Below, in pieces: positions 29,916-37,660 of a DNA stretch of 59,561 bases; position 1 is the first letter of the stretch, and each line of letters begins with the position of its first letter. This DNA is from an uncultured Pseudomonadales bacterium (lineage in GTDB: Bacteria; Patescibacteriota; Microgenomatia; UBA1400; UBA1449). The notes below the pieces were generated by a model. It had not been told where the DNA came from. It made no database searches and saw only the letters and a list, made by a program, of their open reading frames with translations. A program made the position numbers and the translations under genes. The stretch spans positions 1-59,561 of the forward strand of contig CAYLQQ010000007.1 in assembly GCA_964386355.1 (NCBI GenBank). Direction: 5' to 3'.

Positions 29916-30647
29916 TTGCCACTTTCTACCTACCAGCAGATTCAGCAGGTCAAAGATCATTATAATATCATTTCTTCTCATTTTAACCAAACCAGGAGTA
30001 AACCTGTCTGGACTGAGATACTGCCCTTTATTGCACAAGTTAAATCAGGCATGAAAGTGCTTGATGTAGGATGTGGTAATGGTAGGTTACTTTCAGAACT
30101 GGGTACTAAAAAAATTAAATATCTGGGAATTGATTTTTCAAACGAGCTGGTCAAAAGAGCCAGACAGCGTTATCCTAGTCGGCGATTTATAACGCGAGAT
30201 ATCACTCTTGATGATGACTGGCGTCACATTGGCGAGTATGATGCCCTGTTTTGCCTTGGCGTATTACACCATATACCTGATAGGCAGCGTCAACACTTTG
30301 TCCTGTCACAGATGTTTGAACATACAGCTCCAGGAGGATTTATTGTTATTTCTGTCTGGAACATGTGGCAGTGGAGATTTTTAAAATCTCATCTTATGCA
30401 GCTTGGTAAAAAAATGGAGTATGGAGATTTATCCTATCTCTGGGTACCGTATAATGTATCTGATGGATCAAGAATTGTACGAACAATCAATAGGTTTATT
30501 AAATCATATTTACCTGGAGAACTTCTCACTCTAGTTAAGCAAGCTGGCTTTAAAATTGATACGTTTTACTATGCTGCCAAAGGACAAACGAGACTCTCCA
30601 TTTTTAACGGCCAAAACTTTTGTCTTCTAGCCAGAAAATCAGTATAA
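29916..30647 (+). CDS. Trm9/ALKBH8-type SAM-dependent tRNA methyltransferase-like protein
   Basis: HYNIISSHFNQTRSKPVWTEI...KVLDVGCGNGRLL, LGVLHHIPDRQRQ, PGGFIVISVW, WVPY, and C-terminal QNFCLLARK. These parallel the Trm9/ALKBH8 methyltransferase domain pattern (..HFS.TR..PW...D.GCGNG..L, ..HH....R, PGG..I.VW, VPW, NWC.IL.K). TTG start, so the start is uncertain. Confidence 0.7.
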   Translation: MPLSTYQQIQQVKDHYNIISSHFNQTRSKPVWTEILPFIAQVKSGMKVLDVGCGNGRLLSELGTKKIKYLGIDFSNELVKRARQRYPSRRFITRDITLDDDWRHIGEYDALFCLGVLHHIPDRQRQHFVLSQMFEHTAPGGFIVISVWNMWQWRFLKSHLMQLGKKMEYGDLSYLWVPYNVSDGSRIVRTINRFIKSYLPGELLTLVKQAGFKIDTFYYAAKGQTRLSIFNGQNFCLLARKSV

Positions 30648-30923
30648 TATACATTCTAAGAGCTTCAAGCCCAGAGCTTTTCAGTTTTTTTATTTGAACT
30701 TTGATATTTGCAATATGTATGGTGGCTGTATGCTTGAGCATAAGCGAAATACCTTGAGTGTAGCGAAAGGTATCAATTGTATACAGTCAGCTTATTTAAC
30801 AATCCAAAGGTATTTACCACCTCGATATGGTGGCTGTAGCCGTAACGATAGTGACGTACAAGAGATAAGTATCAATTTATTAGTCACTATATAACAGTTT
30901 ACGGTATGGTCTAACCCCTTTAT

Positions 30924-31000
30924 GGTGGCTGTAGCTCAATTGGTAGAGCGCCGCTCTGTGGAAGCGGAGGTAGCGGGATCGAAACCCGTCAGCCACCCCA
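30924..31000 (+). tRNA. tRNA-His (anticodon GTG), with G-1 and encoded CCA
   Basis: G-GTGGCTG...CAGCCAC-C-CCA. Anticodon arm CCGCT-CTGTGGA-AGCGG. T-arm GCGGG-ATCGAAA-CCCGT. Confidence 0.9.
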
Positions 31001-31013
31001 AGTGTACTGGTAT

Positions 31014-31526
31014 TTACACAGACAAAGCTTTAGCAATTATCTCTTTTATTAAATCCTCTTTTATATTTTTATATTTCTCAGTACTCTGATTAGCCTTTTG
31101 AACTGCCTGTTGTTTTATCTTTGCATATCTTTTTAAATCTTTAGAATGTGTTCTTAGGTAATCTCTAAATACTATAGCTTCTTTCCAATCAGCACTATCC
31201 TGAAATGTCACATGAAGGTGGAAAACATTCTTACCTTCAAAATCTTCTGGATAATTAGTTCTTAAAAATAATCTAGTTTCTGTGCTTGCTAACGGCCTAA
31301 ATATATAACCTGCCTTTTGAGCTTGATTAGAAATATCCTCCATTTTTTCTTTTGGAACATTTATCATAATATCAATTATGCCTTTTCCTCCTAAGCCTAA
31401 GACTGCGGTACTACCAATATGTTCTATTTGATAATTTCCAATAAGAAACTGTGATAGTCTAACTCTTTCATCTTGATAAATTTGCGGCGAATTAGGATTA
31501 TAAGATCGGAATTCGTACTTCTTCAT
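31014..31526 (-). CDS. GrpB family protein
   Basis: IEHIGSTAVLGLGGKGIIDIMI and HLHV...RDYLR are typical of GrpB/UPF0157. Confidence 0.8.
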   Translation of the reverse strand: MKKYEFRSYNPNSPQIYQDERVRLSQFLIGNYQIEHIGSTAVLGLGGKGIIDIMINVPKEKMEDISNQAQKAGYIFRPLASTETRLFLRTNYPEDFEGKNVFHLHVTFQDSADWKEAIVFRDYLRTHSKDLKRYAKIKQQAVQKANQSTEKYKNIKEDLIKEIIAKALSV

Positions 31527-31711
31527 AATCTAAGTATATCAAAAACTTTATCTCTGATGACTTGTTCTACATTACAAACTAGAGTTTAACAAATATTAAA
31601 AAAGTGTTTAAGTCACCAGTAGATGATGAAGATTTTACTGTGATAAATTATAATAAGGTAAATAAACTGTAGTTTCTATACTGTTCGGGTAGTACACCAA
31701 TAAAAATTATT

Positions 31712-31948
31712 ATGTATTATTACAAAGGTCATAGAGTAGATCACTTAATGCAAGGATTAGCAGGATTGCTGTTATTGTTGTATTTCTTATTTAAATTCAT
31801 TCATAATACGTTTTACGTACCCTATATAATCCGAAAAGAATGTAGAATATCTGCTGATGCGTGGAACAAGTTAGATGGGACAATTCACAATGAATATTTT
31901 CAGGAGTGTTTAAAAAATTTTGGAATAGTATCAGAGGACACGAAATAA
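31712..31948 (+). CDS. small single-TM hypothetical protein
   Basis: 78-aa ORF with one hydrophobic segment (GLAGLLLLLYFLFKF). Coding status uncertain. Confidence 0.3.
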   Translation: MYYYKGHRVDHLMQGLAGLLLLLYFLFKFIHNTFYVPYIIRKECRISADAWNKLDGTIHNEYFQECLKNFGIVSEDTK

Positions 31949-31955
31949 TACCCAA

Positions 31956-32375
31956 CTAATTCCTCTGCCTCACAATCATCTGCTCAAGGTTTTCATATCC
32001 TATGAGCGAATCTTTCTTTTCAGATAGCAATCGGCCTTTTTTTGCATAATCCTGCATAGCACGTATTTTTCTTCGCATAACTCTTGGTAAGTTGATCTTT
32101 TCGTTTACTATTAGCCCCGTTACTGTCTGCCGTTGATGTTTGCGCAATATCCGAATCTTTTTCTTTTTCTGGATTGCGTATCCATAGTCATGTAATATCT
32201 TTCGTATCAAAGGAAAGATTTGTTGGGTAGCAGATGTAAACGTTTTAAAAGAAAAGGTCATATCATCAGCATAGCGACTATACGTTCCGCCAAACTTTTG
32301 AGTCAGCCTGGATAGTCTTGTATCCATTTGATAGTTAACCAGATTACTCAAATAGGGACTGGTTACTGGCAGTGC
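31956..32375 (-). pseudogene. retron-type reverse transcriptase, C-terminal half (split gene)
   Basis: The frame is open upstream of the listed Met and reads ...LPVTSPYLSNLVNYQMD...YSRYADDMTFSF (YADD)...RQTVTGLIVNEKINLPR (retron VTG motif). It lacks RT motifs 1-4, which are found at 51006-51530. Confidence 0.8.
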
Positions 32376-32478
32376 CGGTATAGAACCTTGTTGTCGCTAT
32401 AACTCGCGTTCGAGACTCTGGTAATTGGCAGTGCCGGTATGGAACCCCTTCGTCGCTATAACTCGAGTAAAACGAGAC
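32367..32478. repeat. two tandem ~50-nt direct repeats at the left junction of the inserted element
   Basis: Copy 1 (32367-32416): TGGCAGTGCCGGTATAGAACCTTGTTGTCGCTATAACTCGCGTTCGAGAC. Copy 2 (32426-32478): TGGCAGTGCCGGTATGGAACCCCTTCGTCGCTATAACTCGAGTAAAACGAGAC. Confidence 0.7.
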
Positions 32479-32520
32479 AAATGAGACAGTATAAAAAAGA
32501 GAATTGATCATACAAAGCTA

Positions 32521-32549
32521 TTGACATTGTACACACATGTATATACACT
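32521..32549 (+). promoter_or_regulatory. putative sigma70-type promoter of the RHH/Shedu gene pair
   Basis: TTGACA (32521-32526), 17 nt, then TACACT (32544-32549), just upstream of the 32556 ATG. Confidence 0.3.
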
Positions 32550-32555
32550 AGCTCT

Positions 32556-33440
32556 ATGAGAAAAAATCAAGTCATTAACATAACATTATCCGACGATTTG
32601 TTGCAGGCAGTCGATAAACAGGCTGAGATTGAATTAAGGAACAGGAGCGAGCTGTTCAGAGAAGCGGTACGGACGTATCTGTTTAGTAAAAATGCTGACA
32701 AGATGCATCAGGCGTTTACTGACAATGAATCAAATAGAGTGAACGACATAAAAAAATTCTCTGATTTTGAAAATTCCACTACTTTTGCATTGTCATGTTC
32801 GTTTCGACCACAACCAAATAAAGTTGAAGAGATTTTCTCTGGTAGCGGTTCCGACTTAATAAAGTACATTGAAGACCCGACGAGCTTCAGACGTATGGGA
32901 TGGGATATGAGAACGCTCGGGAGGGCTACTCCGGTAGCTGGTGAGTACCTACAGATAACAAATGGCGACCGCAAAATTATCAGGATTTATAGAGATGGAC
33001 AGATTGTATTTGCTGCAAGTGAAGATTTTTTTGGACATGGGGTAGAAGTTAATGAAGATGAGGTTGGTAAAATTTTCAGATTTAACAGCATGGCATCTGC
33101 TGAGTTGATATCAAATTTTGTCAATTTTTCTCTGGAAATCGGTAAATACCTGTCGGTTGATCCCTCCGGTATTGTTTATAAAATACGGATTTTCAATCCC
33201 AAAAGAAAACACCTTGAATTAACTTCCATAAACATGTTTAAAGAGAAAATGGGAGAATTGACACTCGATTTAGCTGACAGAGAGGTTTTTATCACTAGTG
33301 AAGATTTTAAGCCAGAAAAAATTGCTTTTACCATATGGGCCGAATTTAACTATCTTTTCGGAATTAGTGAAGACCACTTTGTTTATGTAGATAGAGGAGC
33401 AAAATTAATGAACTTCGAACAATTTTCAGAGAAGAGATAA
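32556..33440 (+). CDS. ribbon-helix-helix (CopG/Arc-like) domain protein with ~240-aa unknown C-terminal domain
   Basis: N-terminus INITLSDDLLQAVDKQAEIELRNRSELFREAVRTYL matches the RHH pattern. I cannot assign the rest. Confidence 0.6.
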   Translation: MRKNQVINITLSDDLLQAVDKQAEIELRNRSELFREAVRTYLFSKNADKMHQAFTDNESNRVNDIKKFSDFENSTTFALSCSFRPQPNKVEEIFSGSGSDLIKYIEDPTSFRRMGWDMRTLGRATPVAGEYLQITNGDRKIIRIYRDGQIVFAASEDFFGHGVEVNEDEVGKIFRFNSMASAELISNFVNFSLEIGKYLSVDPSGIVYKIRIFNPKRKHLELTSINMFKEKMGELTLDLADREVFITSEDFKPEKIAFTIWAEFNYLFGISEDHFVYVDRGAKLMNFEQFSEKR

Positions 33441-33442
33441 AT

Positions 33443-34621
33443 ATGGGTGAAAAGCAATTAATACAAGTCGATGTAAAAAATGATCGGTCTTTGAGCAAAT
33501 TGGGAACAGTTACAGTTTTTTTAACCCCTGAACTCAAAAAAGAGCTAGATGATGAAAAAACTAAAAATGGAGAAACACTGTCAGTTCTTTTTGCTCGAGG
33601 TATGGCTCTTAGAGGATTTAAGCATCTAGTTGAGAAAATTAGAGAGAAAAATCCCTCTATCAGAATAGTATTTACTCATGAGGCTACTTCAAAAGCCGAT
33701 GGATCAATCTACGTTGACTACGACGGCTACAAAAAAGCAACGTCGCAAAAGTTTTTCTCTTTTTATCGAGAAACCGGATTAGATGCAGCAAGTTATTATC
33801 TTAATCACTGTTTTCCAACTGAATACGCATACGACTCTTCTAAGGTATCCGAAGCCGACGTTAAAAAGTTTGAAAAAAATTTTGAGCAAGTCATATCACA
33901 GGTGCCTAAAAAAAGAAAAAATAAAAAGGCGTTAATTGACCAAACCTCTAAGGTAATATCAGAATTGTCAGCACAAAAGAAAATGCTAAAACAAGAGGTT
34001 GAGGATCTCGAAAAGCTTCGCAATACTTCAAATATCTTTTTCTTTCAAAGTAGACTGGAAGAACTTAAAGATAGACTCACAAAAACTTATCCTGAAACAA
34101 AAGGAAAGAACTCATGGCAAGAGTGGGTATATAAAAACAATTGGCTTTTTGGCATTAACTACCAACCCCCTATAGAAAAACAAAAAATTAACGTCGCAGG
34201 TAGCATGCCCGATTTTATCTTCCCCACAATGGACGGCTTTCTGGATATCTTAGAGATAAAACTCCCATCTAAAGCAATAATTGTTAAAGATGTTGATCAT
34301 AATAATTCTTTTGCATGGTCAAGCGATGCAAATAAAGCAATTGGTCAAGTCGTAACCTATTTAAACGAAATCGAACTGTATCAACTTCACTTAAGAGATG
34401 AAATCAAGCGTGTTTATAATTTTGACATTTATTTAATTAAACCTAGAGCTTTTATTTTGATAGGAAACAAAAATGGTTGGTCGGAAGAGCATCATAAAGC
34501 ACTTAGAAAACTCAACTATTCCCTTCATGGAATAGAAGTTTTGAGTTATTCTGACCTTTTGCAAAGAGGCAATGAAATTATTACCAACTACACCTATAAA
34601 TACTCAACAACTAGCAATTAA
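33443..34621 (+). CDS. Shedu-type (SduA, DUF4263) PD-(D/E)xK nuclease
   Basis: C-terminal SWQEWVYKNNWLFG...MPDFIFPTMDGFLDILEIKLPS...AIGQVVTYL...KPRAFILIGNK...LNYSLHGIEVLSYSDLL follows the DUF4263 pattern. Variable coiled-coil N-terminus. The start lies 2 nt after the RHH gene stop. Confidence 0.7.
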   Translation: MGEKQLIQVDVKNDRSLSKLGTVTVFLTPELKKELDDEKTKNGETLSVLFARGMALRGFKHLVEKIREKNPSIRIVFTHEATSKADGSIYVDYDGYKKATSQKFFSFYRETGLDAASYYLNHCFPTEYAYDSSKVSEADVKKFEKNFEQVISQVPKKRKNKKALIDQTSKVISELSAQKKMLKQEVEDLEKLRNTSNIFFFQSRLEELKDRLTKTYPETKGKNSWQEWVYKNNWLFGINYQPPIEKQKINVAGSMPDFIFPTMDGFLDILEIKLPSKAIIVKDVDHNNSFAWSSDANKAIGQVVTYLNEIELYQLHLRDEIKRVYNFDIYLIKPRAFILIGNKNGWSEEHHKALRKLNYSLHGIEVLSYSDLLQRGNEIITNYTYKYSTTSN

Positions 34622-34632
34622 TCAAATCCTTT

Positions 34633-36288
34633 TTACTTATCGTTAATATTTGCAATATTAGTTTTTGACTCTTGTTTAGAATATTTTTTCAGAAATTCCT
34701 GATTTTCCTTTACTAAATACACTGTGAAATAAGCATTTCCACTTTTGTCGAGTAAATCCCTGCCGTGTAACACGCCTTCTCGCCTCAATTTTTTGATAGA
34801 GGAGGGGTGGACTTCATGTTTTGATTGAATATCCCATTTCTCAAACCACACCTTCTTATCCTCATGGCGTGATTTTATATATGGAATGGTTTTGTTTTTG
34901 ATATTTCGCCAACAATCAGCACATCTCAAGCCATCCGGATTCCACCAAATTTCATTACCAGGATGGAGCTGGCTGCAAATACCACAATTGTAAGGGCCTT
35001 CACTAGCCTCTAAAAAGAAACCCTCAGGTTCATCCTTTAACCTTCGTTTGCGCATATTTTCAACACCATCATGTTCGCCAAAAAGTCGAGCCAGTTGCAC
35101 TAAATTATGAGAGGAATACTTTTGCCGCAACTCTTCACTGATTTTAGGTTTTGGTTTGGGTGCCTCTTTCTTACCCGCTAGTTTCAACATGTCTTCTTCT
35201 TGTTCATATCCTTTTAATCTGCCTTCCAAATATCCCAGACGATAATAGACACTGTTGGATACTAGACGCCAATTAGTATCTTCGAGCGTGTTTTTGACCA
35301 ATTTTTCTAGTTCTGACGCACTCGCTCTGTCTTTCCTGGATGAATCACTATCTTGAACCGTAAAGGGGACAATTACATATTTGCCGATTTCCGGTTTATC
35401 CAATGAGAGTTTGGTATATCGAGCTTCCTCCAGGGTAGTGGCAAGAAGTTTCTCTAAATCAGCAATAGTTGTCTTTTTGAGTTGAAGCGACCGCTGGTAA
35501 ACCGGACTATCATATTTTTGGGTTTCTTCTTCCCGAACCACAGTGGCTACCTCCATAGCCTCCATCAACTCGATATATTCTTTACCCTCCTTATCGGTTA
35601 AACAGAACTCACTGCGATATTTTTCCAACAGTTCTTTGTCTTTTTGTTGCTTAGCCTTCCATTCAGCGTCACTCTTTTCAAAATCATCAACCTCAACTTC
35701 TTTGTATTTACATGAGCTGCAAGTAATGGTGGTAGTTAAAACTTTTCCTTTCCGTTTGTATTTTCGTTTAAGTTCTTTACCACATTTTGGGCACGGTTCC
35801 GGAGTTGATACTCTTTCTTCGCCATCATCATAAATCCCACGGCGCTTCTTACACTTCAGGCACTCAAACATAAATAACACCCTCAGAGGTTTGTTATCGT
35901 CAAAATCTTCCAAGTGCTTAAAATCACCCGCCGTCATTTCAGTGTTGCAAGCAGAACAGAAAATATTTGATGGAGCAGGGGTGTTATCCAGCCTATCTTG
36001 TTTTACCCTATCTCGTTCAACCCATTCGGCAATTGTTTTCTCTCGTCTGCGATACCGCTCACCCTTAGTTACCCTCAGTTGCCAACCGTAATAATAATTG
36101 AAACCCTTTTCAACTTCTTCTGGAGGAATTTTCTTTAATTGTTTATCAGTATCTTTTTTCTTGTATAAATTCTGCCAAAACTTAACAACATGTAAGCATT
36201 CCTTTATTGTGAAAAGGTCATATAAGTCGTTATAGTGTTGTTCATCTTTTAGGTAGTCCATCATCTTCATTAGATGGTTCAGCAACAT
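34633..36288 (-). CDS. multi-zinc-ribbon protein, unknown function
   Basis: 551-aa ORF; the start is probably one of the Mets at 36261-36270. CxxC pairs: CSAC...CLKC, CPKC...CSSC, CGIC...CADC. No enzymatic motif recognised. Overlaps the 3' end of the DUF2130 gene. Confidence 0.5.
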   Translation of the reverse strand: MLLNHLMKMMDYLKDEQHYNDLYDLFTIKECLHVVKFWQNLYKKKDTDKQLKKIPPEEVEKGFNYYYGWQLRVTKGERYRRREKTIAEWVERDRVKQDRLDNTPAPSNIFCSACNTEMTAGDFKHLEDFDDNKPLRVLFMFECLKCKKRRGIYDDGEERVSTPEPCPKCGKELKRKYKRKGKVLTTTITCSSCKYKEVEVDDFEKSDAEWKAKQQKDKELLEKYRSEFCLTDKEGKEYIELMEAMEVATVVREEETQKYDSPVYQRSLQLKKTTIADLEKLLATTLEEARYTKLSLDKPEIGKYVIVPFTVQDSDSSRKDRASASELEKLVKNTLEDTNWRLVSNSVYYRLGYLEGRLKGYEQEEDMLKLAGKKEAPKPKPKISEELRQKYSSHNLVQLARLFGEHDGVENMRKRRLKDEPEGFFLEASEGPYNCGICSQLHPGNEIWWNPDGLRCADCWRNIKNKTIPYIKSRHEDKKVWFEKWDIQSKHEVHPSSIKKLRREGVLHGRDLLDKSGNAYFTVYLVKENQEFLKKYSKQESKTNIANINDK

Positions 36289-37642
36289 CGGGTAATTCTA
36301 AATAACTTACTTTTGGCAGAGCGTTACCTATCAAGCCTTGTAAATCACCATAGATTCCAGATGTATTGGCCATAACCTTCTGTATACTCTTTTCTTCTTC
36401 TTGCCACTTTTTATTAAAGTAAACACGCTCCTTGTTGATTTTCTCTTGTCTCTCACGGAAGTATTCCACCCACACTTCAATCCGCTGTTTGAACTCATTG
36501 CTAATTAGGTAGTTGTACACCACTTCAGCTTTGGTGGCTTTGCCTTCGTTGGCCAGCTGGGCCGACTGAACCTTAATCAACTGTTGCCGGAGAAGATATG
36601 CCACTCCTAGAACAGCCTTCATATCAGAAACCAACACTCCATCAACCGCACCAAAACCAACTATTTGATTCGGTAAGATGTTGGATACCAACACTGCCAA
36701 ATCAGCCTTAACCGCTCTTTGGTCTTCTTTAAGCTTGGGGATCCACGAAAATGTCCAATTCTTGGTTCGTTTCGACTCCCAAATGACGACTCCGCAAGGT
36801 TTACCCACCTGAGTCCTCACCACTTGCAACACATCGGCGCCGTTGACGCCTTTTGGAACTTCTTTGATTTCGTCAAATGGAAACTCAGCCTTGAGGATTT
36901 GTTCCAATTCCAACTCTTGAACCTCCCCCTGGAGCTGTTGTGAGCCCTGTTGGATCTTGCGTTGTAACTCAAGAATCTGTTTTTCGGCATCCTGGAGCTT
37001 CTTATCCTTTTCGGCAATCTTTAGGTCTAGCTCCTCTCTAGCTTCTTTTTTGGCATCATCTTTTATCTTGTCCTGACCTTCGAGTAACTTCTTCTCATAT
37101 TCAACTGACAATTTGTCTTTTTCATCCTTGAGTTCACGCATTTGTTTAAGCAAGTCTTGGAGTTGATCCCGCAATTCTTTATTCTGCTTGTCCCTAGCCT
37201 CTGCTTCCTCCTTGGAGGCGGCTAGCTGGGTTTCTAGCTCTTTGCGAACTTTCTCCTCCGCTTCTTTTCGTGCTTCTTCGGATGATTTCTTGCGAACCTC
37301 GTCCAACTCCTGCTCGTGTTGTCTTCTTGTCTTAGCCTTATCCTCTTTCAACTCCGACAACAACTTCTGATTGTCTTCCAATTCTTCTTTGAGTTGGCGG
37401 TTCCGTCTGGCGTTCGAGTCTGCTTCCTTCCTAACCGCTTCTACCGTGACTTCCAGCTCCTCTTTGGCTTTTTTCTCTACCTCAGCTTTAGTTGCCTCTG
37501 CCACCTCTTTTTTGGCTTCTTCTAGATCCTGCTGATGTTGGGCTTGTGATTCACGACGAATCGTTTCCTCAAGCTCGTGCTTGTATGCATCTCCTGGTTC
37601 GAACAACTCTCCACACTTTGGACATTTGATTTGATTTGTCAT
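36242..37642 (-). CDS. DUF2130-like protein (N-terminal zinc ribbon, long K/E coiled coil, C-terminal nuclease-like domain)
   Basis: IKCPKCGELFE, then ~200 aa of a K/E-rich heptad-like region, then GADVLQVV...GVVIWESKRTKNW (D...ExK-like). Confidence 0.6.
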   Translation of the reverse strand: MTNQIKCPKCGELFEPGDAYKHELEETIRRESQAQHQQDLEEAKKEVAEATKAEVEKKAKEELEVTVEAVRKEADSNARRNRQLKEELEDNQKLLSELKEDKAKTRRQHEQELDEVRKKSSEEARKEAEEKVRKELETQLAASKEEAEARDKQNKELRDQLQDLLKQMRELKDEKDKLSVEYEKKLLEGQDKIKDDAKKEAREELDLKIAEKDKKLQDAEKQILELQRKIQQGSQQLQGEVQELELEQILKAEFPFDEIKEVPKGVNGADVLQVVRTQVGKPCGVVIWESKRTKNWTFSWIPKLKEDQRAVKADLAVLVSNILPNQIVGFGAVDGVLVSDMKAVLGVAYLLRQQLIKVQSAQLANEGKATKAEVVYNYLISNEFKQRIEVWVEYFRERQEKINKERVYFNKKWQEEEKSIQKVMANTSGIYGDLQGLIGNALPKVSYLELPDVAEPSNEDDGLPKR

Positions 37643-37660
37643 ATAAATTTACTCTGTATT

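Noticed and set aside
29865-30038. Long N-terminal extension of the Elp3 ORF (start at 30038).
   Set aside because: The extension overlaps the divergent Trm9-like gene by >100 nt and carries no Elp3-like sequence. The internal Met at 29864 gives a normal-length Elp3.
30694-30894. 66-aa ORF upstream of tRNA-His.
   Set aside because: It spans the two partial copies of the tRNA-His 5' end and has no RBS or motif. It is treated as non-coding repeat sequence.
31712-31948. The 78-aa single-TM ORF as the retron effector (2TM-type).
   Set aside because: It is on the opposite strand and convergent with the RT, and it has only one hydrophobic segment. There is no support beyond proximity. The retron's effector, if any, is not identifiable in this window.
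31956-32351. RT fragments as a group II intron or a DRT/Abi-type RT.
   Set aside because: The retron-diagnostic NAxxH (HNAKQH) and VTG (TVTGLIVN) motifs are present. The reconstructed size is small (~300 aa) with no maturase/X or En domain. An a1/a2-flanked structured RNA lies immediately upstream. No intron domain V/VI-like structure was noticed.
32367-32478. Possible CRISPR array from the direct repeats at the RT/element junction.
   Set aside because: There are only two imperfect copies of ~50 nt with a 9-nt spacer-like gap, and no cas genes. They are better explained as att-related or duplication sequences. No CRISPR-like array is seen anywhere else in the window.
36800-37560. Apparent repetitive or low-complexity DNA (GAA/AAG-rich) that might be a tandem repeat.
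   Set aside because: It is the K/E-rich coiled-coil coding region of the DUF2130-like gene. There is no fixed period beyond codon-level bias. The antisense ORFs at 36719-37525 are shadows.
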